A DNA stretch of 64,000 bases. It comes from Omnitrophica WOR_2 bacterium RIFCSPHIGHO2_02_FULL_50_17 (GTDB lineage: Bacteria; Omnitrophota; Gorgyraeia; Zapsychrales; Zapsychraceae). The notes beneath the pieces were generated by a model, which had not been told where the DNA came from, searched no databases, and worked only from the letters and a program-made list of their open reading frames with translations. Of the stretch, positions 55,912 through 64,000 are shown piece after piece; within the stretch, counting starts at the first letter, position 1, and each line of letters begins with the position of its first letter. A program made the translations under genes and the position numbers. The stretch is taken from contig MHGQ01000049.1 of assembly GCA_001805645.1 (NCBI GenBank), positions 66,216 to 130,215 of the forward strand, written 5' to 3'.

Positions 55912-56724
55912 TTATAACAAATTCTTCTCTACATAATTTACGCCGTTATTAAAAATTCTCGCCCCTTGACCGTGCCGGCCGCCTCCAGGCAGCCGCGTCC
56001 AAAACGGATGCTGTCTAAAAAGAAAATGCCTCTCGGGGTGCGGCATAAGACCCAGGAGGCGTCCCGTCGTATCCGTGATGCCGGCGATATCATCCGCCGA
56101 ACCATTGGGATTTTCAGGATAAACCCCTCTTTCTCCACCCCTTGTGCAATATCGAAAAGCGACCTGGCCGTTTTGCTTTAACCGCTCTAAGACTGCCTCA
56201 TTGCCCGGCACAAACTTGCCCTCAGCGTGGGCCACCGGATAATAAACAATATCTTCCAGCCCCTCGGTCCAGATACTCTTACCCCCGGCCTTCAAATGGA
56301 CCCAGCGCGCCTCAAACTTTCCGGAATCATTGGAGACCAACGTGGCCGTCTGACCTAAATTGTCCTTTTGACTTTCTTCTTCCGTTAAAGGTCCCGGCAA
56401 TAAACCGGCTTTCACCAAAACTTGAAACCCGTTGCATATCCCGATAATCAATTTACCGTCGGTAATGAACTGCTGGAGATGATCTCCCAGACGCAGACGT
56501 AATTCATTCGCCAAAAGGCGTCCGGACTCAATATCATCGCCATAGGTAAATCCGCCGGGGACAGCCAAAATATGATAATCCCTCAGATGCGCCTTGCCCT
56601 GAAACAGCTGGTTGATATGCACCGATTCAACTTGCGCGCCGCAGGAATGGAAGGCAAAGGCGGTTTCGGCATCACAGTTTGTCCCTGCGGTGCGCAAAAC
56701 GATAACCTTTACCTCCTTGGCCAT
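55912..56724 (-). CDS. purQ: Phosphoribosylformylglycinamidine synthase, glutamine amidotransferase subunit
   Basis: VIVLRTAGTNCDAETAFAF, GICNGFQ (catalytic Cys) and a class I GATase fold. Confidence 0.8.
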   Translation of the reverse strand: MAKEVKVIVLRTAGTNCDAETAFAFHSCGAQVESVHINQLFQGKAHLRDYHILAVPGGFTYGDDIESGRLLANELRLRLGDHLQQFITDGKLIIGICNGFQVLVKAGLLPGPLTEEESQKDNLGQTATLVSNDSGKFEARWVHLKAGGKSIWTEGLEDIVYYPVAHAEGKFVPGNEAVLERLKQNGQVAFRYCTRGGERGVYPENPNGSADDIAGITDTTGRLLGLMPHPERHFLFRQHPFWTRLPGGGRHGQGARIFNNGVNYVEKNLL

Positions 56725-56821
56725 AAATCCTCCAAATGCCGGAATGAACTTTTCCCAGACAAATCTTCAATAGAGGACTTCATTGCGGCATCACAGTTTG
56801 TCCCTGCGGTGCGCAAAACGA
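56667..56821. repeat. 37-bp direct repeat: the purQ 5' coding segment is duplicated 118 bp upstream
   Basis: cggcatcacagtttgtccctgcggtgcgcaaaacgat at 56667-56703 and again at 56785-56821. The upstream copy lies in a 47-codon minus-strand uORF (MKGTAKVIVLRTAGTNCDAAMKSS...) that runs into the purQ start. Confidence 0.7.
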
Positions 56822-56839
56822 TGACTTTCGCTGTCCCTT

Positions 56840-57550
56840 TCATGTTTTCTTCTTCGTATTATAAAAATCCCGGATAAATTTGACGGCTTCTTCGGGCGTA
56901 TCAACGATCTTGAAAAGATTCATATCCTCCGGATCAATGTTCTTGGCTTTCAGAACGGTTTTCTTGAGCCACTCAATCAATCCATGCCAATAATCTTTCC
57001 CGAAAAGGACAACAGGGAATTTCTCCATGCGCCGCGTCTGAATGAGGGTAATGCTTTCAAAGAACTCATCCAGCGTGCCGTATCCGCCGGGAAAGATAAT
57101 AAAGGCACTGGCATATTTGACGAACATGACCTTGCGAGAAAAAAAGTAATGGAAGCCCATCAATTTTTTAACATAACGATTGGGCTTTTGTTCGAAGGGC
57201 AGGTCAATGTTAAGCCCTATGGACATTCCCTTGGCGCGCATGGTCCCCTTGTTTCCCGCCTCCATAATCCCCGGTCCGGCGCCGGTAATCACCGCATACC
57301 CTTCTTTGACTAAAAGCTGCGCCGTCCGTTCAGCCAGTTTGTACCACACTTGCGTCCTCTTGGTCCTCGCCGAGCCGAAGATGCTGACCGCCGGCCCGAC
57401 TTCGGAAAGCTCATGGAATCCGTCGACGAATTCCGCCATGATGCGGAAAACCCGCCAGGGATCCTCCGACCTCAAATCCTCAACAACCTTTTTTTTCTTG
57501 GTTATGTTCATCGCTGCTCCTTGCATTACCACCTCAACGGTTTTTGCCAT
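56840..57550 (-). CDS. LOG-family protein (TIGR00730; cytokinin riboside 5'-monophosphate phosphoribohydrolase-like)
   Basis: SIFGSAR...AVITGAGPGIMEAGNKG...FPGGYGTLDEFFE are LOG motifs. Confidence 0.8.
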   Translation of the reverse strand: MAKTVEVVMQGAAMNITKKKKVVEDLRSEDPWRVFRIMAEFVDGFHELSEVGPAVSIFGSARTKRTQVWYKLAERTAQLLVKEGYAVITGAGPGIMEAGNKGTMRAKGMSIGLNIDLPFEQKPNRYVKKLMGFHYFFSRKVMFVKYASAFIIFPGGYGTLDEFFESITLIQTRRMEKFPVVLFGKDYWHGLIEWLKKTVLKAKNIDPEDMNLFKIVDTPEEAVKFIRDFYNTKKKT

Positions 57551-60500
57551 GCCTGCTTAAGATAATCCACAGAAATCCTAACGCATACTTCTTGGTCAAG
57601 GCCATAGATCATACACTCCGGTGTGTCTTGCACCTGCCCGATCAGGGCGAAAGGCACTCCCCGCAAGGAACGCTCAAAAAATTTCTGATGCCGCGGCTCC
57701 ACCTCCGCAATAAACCGCGAATTGGATTCTGAAAAAAGAACGATATCGCTGCGCTTCTTTTCCCCCTGATAAACCGCGTCTTTAAGACGCACCGTGACAC
57801 CGAGTCCTCCGCTAAAAGCCATCTCGGAGACGGCAACGCCCATGCCGCCTTCTGAGCAGTCGTGCATCGAGCGGATCAAGCCTTTCCTGACGGCCCCCGC
57901 CAAAGAAAGGAAAATCTCGCTGCCGCGCTTGGTGTTAACCTTAGGCACCGAATGCCCCAAGAGGCCAAAGGTGTCCCAATAAATCGATCCGCCCAGCTCC
58001 TCATGCGTTTCTCCGATGCAATAAACAAGATTACCCGCTTCTTTAAAATCCATTGTAACCGTTTTCGTCACATCCTCAATAATGCCAATCGCCGAAATAA
58101 GAAGCGTCCCTGGAATAGCGATGGATTTCTTTTCCCGACGTTCCAGCTTCGCTGGAAGTCGGGATCCCGACCCCTGCCCCAAGGGCAGGGCGTCGGGACA
58201 TTGCGCATACTCATTGTAAAGACTGTCTTTCCCGGAAATAAAAGGAACCTGATAGCCGACAGCCGTCTTATAACACCCTTGCGCCGCGCGCACCAAGCCG
58301 CCTAAGCGGGCGGGTTTATCCGGACTGCCCCAGCAGAAATTATCCAAAATAGCAATCCTTTCGATACTGCCGCCCACCGCGATAATCTGACGAACAGCCT
58401 CGTCAATACACGAAGCGGCCATCCAGTAAGGGTCAATCATGCCGTAACGGACATTGATGCCGTTGGCAACGGCTATCCCCTTTGTGGATCCCAGCCGCGG
58501 GGTAATCACAGAGGCATCCGATGGGCCGTCGCAGTGCACCCCCACCAAAGGCTTAATGACACTTAGCCCCTGCACCTCGTGATCGTATTGACGGATAACC
58601 CATTCCTTAGAGCAGACATTATAATGGGAAAGAACCTCCAGTAATTTCTCATTCAAATCCACGGACGGCGGAATCCTCACCCTGGGAATTTTTGGCAGAT
58701 GCCAATAAGCCTCCTTGGTCACCTGCGGAAGTCCCCCATGCAGGAATCCCATATCCAAATCGCAGACCTGCTCCCCCTGAAAGAATAATTTCAGCTGTCC
58801 TTCTCCTGTAAATTCTCCGATGACCGCCGCCTCCACATTCTCTCCCGCAAAGATATCAAGAAGCGCCTGCCTGTTCTTCGGCGGCACAGCCAAGACCATC
58901 CGCTCCTGAGACTCAGAGATCCAAATCTCATCGTAACGCAGTCCCCGATACTTCAACGGCACTTTTTCCAGATCCACGCGCGCCCCCCGATCCTTCCCCA
59001 TCTCGCCTACAGCGCTCGACAAGCCGCCGGCGCCGCAATCGGTGATAGCTGTATAAAGATTTTTATCCCGCGCCTGCAGAAGGGCATCCAGCATTTTCTT
59101 TTCCTGAATCGGATCGCCTATCTGCACCGCGCCCGAAGAGACAACCTCGGATTCCTCCGTCAACTCGCCGGAGGAGAAGGTCGCCCCGTGAATGCCGTCG
59201 CGTCCCGTGCGCCCGCCGACAACCACAACCAGATCGCCTTTCCTCACCTTTTTCTTAACCCTATCCTTAGGGATGATCCCGACATTACCGCAATACACCA
59301 AGGGATTTCCGACAAACCCTTTGTCAAAGACAATGGCGCCGTTCACCGTCGGGATTCCCATCTTGTTGCCATAATCCCGAACACCTCCTACCACTCCCTT
59401 CATAATCCGCTTAGGATGCAGTGTCCCGGCGGGCAGCTGTTCAAATGTCATATCCGGCGGCGCAAAACAAAACACGTCCGTACTGCAAATGGGTTTTGCC
59501 CCTAGACCGGTGCCTAATATATCGCGAATCACGCCGCCCACGCCTGTATTCGCTCCGCCGAAGGGTTCCAAGGCCGAGGGATGATTATGGGTCTCGACCT
59601 TAAAACACACATGGGTGTCCTCATCGAACTTAATCACGCCGGCATTATCGTGAAAAACAGATACGCACCAGGGTTTATCAACCTCGCGGGTTGCCTTGAC
59701 AATCGTGGACTTTAAAAGATTGCGGATGACCCGTGTCCTGGTTTTGCCGTTTTCCAGGCAACGGTAACGGATATTCCCGCGGAATGTCTTATGGTAACAA
59801 TGCTCGCTCCAGGTCTGGGCAATCGTCTCCAGCTCGCAATCGGTGGGATTTCGTTTTAACTTTTTAAAATATTTTCGAATGGCCTTCATCTCATCGTGAT
59901 TCAAAAAAAGCTGGCCTTCACGGCTTATCTGCATAAGTTTTTTATCCGAGGCTTGAATTAAATCGATATGCGTCAAAAGGAAACCGCCCTCTTTGAAGGG
60001 AACGCTGAGCGTCTTAGGCGCCGGCGCCCGCCGAACGACATGCTGAATCAGCTTGTTGGAGAGAATTTTATTGACGATCACATCCAATTGTTCAACAGAA
60101 ACCATGCCGTAGAGACGATATTGGCGGGCGGTGCGGACGGCCTGAATCTGGTTAATCCCCAGATCTCGAATTCCTTTGATGACCGATGCCTCGACGGGGT
60201 CTGTCACACCTGGATTATAAGCAATTTCGACGATGTGACAGCCGGACTCCCCTTCCTCGCATGAGGGCGGCAAGGCGCCTTGAGGGGAATAATCATATTC
60301 CTGCGTAATGGGGTCCGCCAACAGTTCGCGGCAGATTTTCTGGATATCCCCTTCAACGAGATCACCTTCCAGATGATAAACAAGGGCGACTTGGACTTTG
60401 GCAATCCCCGCCAACCCCAAATCTACAATATCTTTTTGAATGCCTTCCCCTAAGGCATCAAACACACCCTGCCTTTGTCTGATTTCAACGCGCCAAATCA

Positions 60501-60552
60501 TGTTTAATGAATGACGAATGGATACGGGTTGTGTGAGGAGTTGTAAATTCAA
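57526..60552 (-). CDS. purL: Phosphoribosylformylglycinamidine synthase: tandem PurS-PurS fused to PurL (FGAM synthase II)
   Basis: 1008 aa. Two ~80-aa PurS-like modules (IWRVEIRQRQGVFDALGE...; HIVEIAYNPGVTDPVEASV...), then a PurL AIR-synthase-related duplication (FKVETHNHPS...). Confidence 0.85.
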   Translation of the reverse strand: MNLQLLTQPVSIRHSLNMIWRVEIRQRQGVFDALGEGIQKDIVDLGLAGIAKVQVALVYHLEGDLVEGDIQKICRELLADPITQEYDYSPQGALPPSCEEGESGCHIVEIAYNPGVTDPVEASVIKGIRDLGINQIQAVRTARQYRLYGMVSVEQLDVIVNKILSNKLIQHVVRRAPAPKTLSVPFKEGGFLLTHIDLIQASDKKLMQISREGQLFLNHDEMKAIRKYFKKLKRNPTDCELETIAQTWSEHCYHKTFRGNIRYRCLENGKTRTRVIRNLLKSTIVKATREVDKPWCVSVFHDNAGVIKFDEDTHVCFKVETHNHPSALEPFGGANTGVGGVIRDILGTGLGAKPICSTDVFCFAPPDMTFEQLPAGTLHPKRIMKGVVGGVRDYGNKMGIPTVNGAIVFDKGFVGNPLVYCGNVGIIPKDRVKKKVRKGDLVVVVGGRTGRDGIHGATFSSGELTEESEVVSSGAVQIGDPIQEKKMLDALLQARDKNLYTAITDCGAGGLSSAVGEMGKDRGARVDLEKVPLKYRGLRYDEIWISESQERMVLAVPPKNRQALLDIFAGENVEAAVIGEFTGEGQLKLFFQGEQVCDLDMGFLHGGLPQVTKEAYWHLPKIPRVRIPPSVDLNEKLLEVLSHYNVCSKEWVIRQYDHEVQGLSVIKPLVGVHCDGPSDASVITPRLGSTKGIAVANGINVRYGMIDPYWMAASCIDEAVRQIIAVGGSIERIAILDNFCWGSPDKPARLGGLVRAAQGCYKTAVGYQVPFISGKDSLYNEYAQCPDALPLGQGSGSRLPAKLERREKKSIAIPGTLLISAIGIIEDVTKTVTMDFKEAGNLVYCIGETHEELGGSIYWDTFGLLGHSVPKVNTKRGSEIFLSLAGAVRKGLIRSMHDCSEGGMGVAVSEMAFSGGLGVTVRLKDAVYQGEKKRSDIVLFSESNSRFIAEVEPRHQKFFERSLRGVPFALIGQVQDTPECMIYGLDQEVCVRISVDYLKQAWQKPLRW

Positions 60553-60555
60553 AGG

Positions 60556-61263
60556 TTATCGGCTGACTCTGCTTAATACTTCCCGGTAGGCTTCCTCAAT
60601 CTCCCCCAAATCATGCCGAAAGCGGTCTTTATCAAGCTTCTTGCCCGTACCGATCTCCCACAGACGGCAAGTGTCGGGCGAAATCTCATCGGCGAGGATA
60701 ATCTTATCCTTGTATCTGCCAAATTCCAATTTAAAATCTACCAGTTCCAGTTTCAGCTTTGCAAAAAATTCCTTCAATAAATCATTGATTTTAAACGTAA
60801 ACCCTTTCATGGTCTCAATTTCCTGATCGGTTGCCAGATGAAGGGCACGGATGTGATATTCGTTGATCAACGGATCGCCGAGGGAATCGCACTTATAACA
60901 GAACTCCAACACCGGCGAGAGAAGCGCCATTCCCTCCTTGAGGCCTAAAAGCCGGCACAGAGAGCCGGCCGCCTTGTTGCGCACGACCATCTCAATGGGA
61001 ACGATCTCCACTTTTTTAACAAGCATATCGCGGTCATTGAGACGCCGCTCAAAATGGGTGGGGATCCCCTGGGCGGAGAGAAACTCGAAAATCTTCGAAG
61101 AGATCTGATTATTCATAATGCCCTTATCAACAATTGTTCCTTTCTTCGCCGCATTAAAGGCGGTGGCATCATCCTTGAAATACTGGATAAGCAAATCGGG
61201 GTTATCCGTCGTATAAATGATCTTCGCCTTGCCCTCGTAAACCTTATGCCCCCTTTGAACCAT
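60556..61263 (-). CDS. purC: Phosphoribosylaminoimidazole-succinocarboxamide synthase
   Basis: The start is trimmed to MVQRGHKVYEGKAKIIYTT, the PurC N-terminal signature. The track ORF extends 64 codons upstream into purB. Confidence 0.9.
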   Translation of the reverse strand: MVQRGHKVYEGKAKIIYTTDNPDLLIQYFKDDATAFNAAKKGTIVDKGIMNNQISSKIFEFLSAQGIPTHFERRLNDRDMLVKKVEIVPIEMVVRNKAAGSLCRLLGLKEGMALLSPVLEFCYKCDSLGDPLINEYHIRALHLATDQEIETMKGFTFKINDLLKEFFAKLKLELVDFKLEFGRYKDKIILADEISPDTCRLWEIGTGKKLDKDRFRHDLGEIEEAYREVLSRVSR

Positions 61264-61264
61264 T

Positions 61265-62557
61265 TCACAGTCCCACTTTCTTAAAGATTTTGTCGGTATG
61301 CCGCATATAATAGCGGATATCAAAACAACCGTCGATCTCGCTGGGTTTAAGATACTTGCGCACCTTTCTGTCCCTATACAGGATATCCCTGAAATCCGAA
61401 GTCTCCTGCCAGACCTGCATGGCGCAGCGCTGAATAAGTTCATAGGCCGCCTCACGGGTTAAGCCCTTCTTCATCAATTCCAAAAGCACCCTCTGCGAGT
61501 AAATAAGCCCTTTGGTTTTGCTAAGGCTGGCGATCATGTTTTTCGGATAGACCAGCAAGCCGTCGATAATCGGGATCAGTTTATAAAACATGTAATTCAA
61601 GGCGATCGTGCAATCCGGCAGGATAATGCGCTCTACGGAGGAATGGCTGATATCCCGCTCATGCCAGAGACTGATATTCTCAAAAGCGGCCTGGGCATTG
61701 GCGCGTAATATACGCGAAAGCCCCGAGATGCGCTCGCACGTGACGGGGTTACGCTTATGAGGCATGGCCGATGAGCCGATCTGCCCCTTGAAGAAAGGCT
61801 CCTCCACCTCCATAACTTCTGTCTTCTGCAAAAGCCGAATTTCCGTAGCAATCTTATTGAGGGAGGAACCTATCAAGGCAATGGTTGTAACAAATTGACA
61901 GTGATGATCCCTCTGGATAATCTGGGTAGCGATATTGACCGGCTTTAAATTCAACTTTTCGCAGACATACTCTTCCACATAAGGGTCAATATTGGCATAG
62001 GTTCCGACAGCGCCGGATAATTTCCCGAACCGCATCATCTCCTTGGCCTGTTCCATCCGCTCATAATTGCGTCCCATCTCATCATACCAAACGGCCAATT
62101 TTAAGCCGAACGAGGTCGGCTCCGCATGGACGCCGTGGGTGCGGGCGATACAGGGTGTGTCCTTGTATTTTCTGGCCTTTTGTTTAAGGATAAGCAAAAA
62201 TTTTCTTATATCCGCCAAAAGGATGTCACTGGCCTCAACACACTGAACAGAAAGCGCCGTATCCAGCAAATCCGAGGAAGTAAGCCCCATGTGCAGATAA
62301 CGGGCCTCCGGCCCTAAATATTTCCCAACATTGTTGATAAAGGCGACCACATCATGCTTAGTCTTCTCCTCCAGCCTCTTGACCTCGTCGATATCAAATT
62401 TGGCGCTCTTCTTGATCTTTTCCAAAGCTTTCTTGGGAATAATCCCCAGCTTGCACATCGCCTCACAGGTCAGGACCTCAATTTGAAGCATAATCTCCAT
62501 CTTGTGCTTTTCCGACCAGATATTGCCCATCTTGGATAAAGTGTAACGGTCAATCAT
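61265..62557 (-). CDS. purB: Adenylosuccinate lyase
   Basis: MIDRYTL..., the GSSAMPHKRNP fumarase/ASL signature, and the RBS GAGGAGAG 7 nt upstream of the ATG at 62557. The track ORF begins at an upstream TTG. Confidence 0.9.
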   Translation of the reverse strand: MIDRYTLSKMGNIWSEKHKMEIMLQIEVLTCEAMCKLGIIPKKALEKIKKSAKFDIDEVKRLEEKTKHDVVAFINNVGKYLGPEARYLHMGLTSSDLLDTALSVQCVEASDILLADIRKFLLILKQKARKYKDTPCIARTHGVHAEPTSFGLKLAVWYDEMGRNYERMEQAKEMMRFGKLSGAVGTYANIDPYVEEYVCEKLNLKPVNIATQIIQRDHHCQFVTTIALIGSSLNKIATEIRLLQKTEVMEVEEPFFKGQIGSSAMPHKRNPVTCERISGLSRILRANAQAAFENISLWHERDISHSSVERIILPDCTIALNYMFYKLIPIIDGLLVYPKNMIASLSKTKGLIYSQRVLLELMKKGLTREAAYELIQRCAMQVWQETSDFRDILYRDRKVRKYLKPSEIDGCFDIRYYMRHTDKIFKKVGL

Positions 62558-62635
62558 ACGAATTGTCTCTCCTCTTTCGGGGGGGGTTAGAATCCTCTCT
62601 TCATGTCCCAACGGCTTTCATCCATGAGAGGTTGT

Positions 62636-62664
62636 AATATACCAAAGAATCGCCTAAAGGTCAA
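62636..62664 (-). promoter_or_regulatory. Probable sigma-70 promoter of the pur operon
   Basis: On the minus strand, -35 TTGACC (62664-62659), a 17-nt spacer, and -10 TATATT (62641-62636). A ~70-nt leader with a hairpin follows (cctctcatgg...catgaagagagg). Confidence 0.5.
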
Positions 62665-62822
62665 ACAAAAAGAAGAAAAGGACCCTTCACGAACGGCACA
62701 AAGATTATATAACATGTCTAATAGCAACGGGTTGTATCCCTATTCTATTTATTTGCCGTTTCGATAAAAGACAGGCCAAGACGCTTTAAGAAGACAAAAA
62801 GGGGCAAGCGGCGAAAAATATC

Positions 62823-63404
62823 CTACGGAGCGGCTTTCTGTTGAAAATATTCGACACTCACCTGAAGCGCCTCTTTCATGATCTGGGGAGTTGCCTCGAC
62901 GAGCTTCTTGCCGGGCGCACTGCGGTAAAAATCAATCATCGCCTTTAATTCCTCTTGCGTATAATATTTATCATAAATCGGGATGAGCTGTTTGATAATC
63001 TCATCGATGTCAAACAACGCCTCAAAATCTGGCCTTCGCTCCAAAGGGGCCTGGGCAATAATCTGTTCGATATTGGTCTGCATATTCTGCCGCGTCCCAT
63101 TCACCTCCATCAGCGTAATAATCAAATTTACCTTCTCCGGAGATACATCCTCAAATTGGGACGGGTCAATATGCACGGCATCCAGCTCATAGTCATAAGA
63201 CTCCTCATCCTTCTCGATGCGGAGAATCTGATCATTGTAGTAGCGCCGGGGCATCTTCCCCTCCATGACAATCACGTAATAAGATCCTTCGTTGACGATT
63301 TTGCCCTTGACTATTCTCCCATCCTTCAAATAGATAGTCTCGGCGAAGCCAAGAGCCGCTATCCCCGAAAAAAATATGGCCATAAGACCTATTTTAACGT
63401 TCAT
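62823..63404 (-). CDS. DUF2059 domain periplasmic protein
   Basis: A signal peptide, then C-terminal ELKAMIDFYRSAPGKKLVEATPQIMKEA, which resembles DUF2059 as I recall it. Confidence 0.5.
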   Translation of the reverse strand: MNVKIGLMAIFFSGIAALGFAETIYLKDGRIVKGKIVNEGSYYVIVMEGKMPRRYYNDQILRIEKDEESYDYELDAVHIDPSQFEDVSPEKVNLIITLMEVNGTRQNMQTNIEQIIAQAPLERRPDFEALFDIDEIIKQLIPIYDKYYTQEELKAMIDFYRSAPGKKLVEATPQIMKEALQVSVEYFQQKAAP

Positions 63405-63798
63405 AATCCCCTCTTCCTGGCAATAGATGCCTTATTCTACTGAATCCCTGTACGCCTTAGGCGGACGGGCTATATGAGCAGAATGAAACTTCGATTGTTT
63501 CGGATCCTTTAAACATATTTTTCGATTTCCCCAACATTCAACCCCCCCGACAAGCTCTTCCACCAAAAGCATGTCAGGAAAGAGCGCCGTCGCCCCGCGA
63601 ACGTTAGTGAGCAGGTGTCCAAAAACGCCTGGCCTGGCACGTTGATTTTTCGCCATGCCTGTCCCCGCCCGAGTGACTGGCACCTGTTCTGTTCCTGATG
63701 TTCCTGAAATCCCTTATTGTCCTAACGGCTCTCGGCGGCATTTTTCTCTAAAAAATCGGATTGCCTCAACGGCATGCTACCCCTGCACGGGTTCTCAC

Positions 63799-64000
63799 TT
63801 AATCATTTGCATTTTTGATCAATTCGTTGTACTTCTTTTTATCCTTTTCTTTGAGCCCTTCCAAAATGTTATTTACCTCTGCAAAATCAGGATGCCCTGC
63901 TGTTGGCCTATTTAACGTAACAAATTCAAATCCATCTTTTCCCTTAGAAAAGCTAATAAGTCCGATATTCGCAGATATAGCAATTCCCTCTATACGATCG
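63799..64000 (-). CDS. Hypothetical protein, C-terminal 66 codons only; low GC (about 37%)
   Basis: On the minus strand, an open frame from the window end to the TAA at 63801-63799: ...FVTLNRPTAGHPDFAEVNNILEGLKEKDKKKYNELIKNAND*. Its composition differs from the rest of the window. Confidence 0.35.
   Translation of the reverse strand, partial: DRIEGIAISANIGLISFSKGKDGFEFVTLNRPTAGHPDFAEVNNILEGLKEKDKKKYNELIKNAND

Noticed and set aside
63541-63572. cccccccgacaagctcttccacca resembling a tRNA/tmRNA 3' end (CCTCCACCA)
   Set aside because: No matching T-arm (GGGGG-TTCNANT-CCCCC) or acceptor complement upstream on either strand.
63432-63915. 83-aa minus ORF and 86-aa plus ORF in the 63405-63798 spacer
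   Set aside because: Composition is non-protein-like and they carry no motifs. I treat the region as non-coding or possible ncRNA instead.

Overview
This 64-kb window appears to be chromosomal DNA from a diderm bacterium (an LptD homolog is present), about 50% GC, with nearly all genes on the minus strand in long co-directional runs. I found no rRNA, tRNA, CRISPR arrays or transposases or integrases.

Reading from low to high coordinates:
- 1-9005: a nucleotide-sugar / polysaccharide-precursor cluster. It contains a partial GHMP sugar kinase, a B12-binding radical SAM enzyme, an SDR epimerase/dehydratase, a GDP-fucose-synthase-like enzyme, a split ThDP transketolase-like pair, UDP-xylose synthase, two nucleotide-sugar dehydrogenases and ugd.
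- 9008-15614: lptD, a ROK kinase, two tandem GGDEF diguanylate cyclases and an orphan MalK-like ATPase.
- 15725-18608: accD, DUF1015, VanZ and an FmdB zinc-ribbon protein.
- 18623-23379: the hrcA-grpE-dnaK-dnaJ heat-shock operon, with a CIRCE operator.
- 23532-27227: a hypothetical membrane protein, hflX, miaA and a TPR-SPOR protein.
- 27491-31336: a five-gene ECF-sigma module (sigma, zf-HC2 anti-sigma, small acidic secreted protein, DUF3106-like repeat protein, and a large secreted tandem-repeat protein with an EF-hand). I consider this the most likely undescribed system in the window.
- 31314-44105: a Cys/Met PLP enzyme, a REC protein, a Zn-ADH, corA, UPF0316, rpoZ, an acidic secreted protein, a REC protein, DUF4139, a methyltransferase, DUF4340, and a GldG-fused ABC-2 exporter with its ATPase.
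- 44329-46022 (plus strand): an NSS sodium symporter and a 33-aa overlapping small membrane ORF that is absent from the ORF track.
- 46082-50034: an ACT protein, a Macro-NUDIX fusion, cca, a bifunctional nuclease (BFN) and nrdR.
- 50165-62557: glyA, rpiB, a Sua5/YrdC-LMW-PTP fusion, and a pur operon (purE-purD-purM-purQ-LOG-purSL-purC-purB). The pur operon includes a tandem PurS-PurS-PurL fusion and a 37-bp duplicated purQ 5' fragment.
- 62823-64000: a DUF2059 protein, a 394-bp region poor in ORFs, and a low-GC partial ORF at the window edge.

Several structured intergenic elements are also described: a REP-like GTCGGAGTCCCGAC palindrome family, a 32-bp perfect palindrome between rpiB and glyA, and nested hairpins at 27299-27470. 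All functional calls come from reading the translated ORFs for family-diagnostic motifs. No database searches were run.
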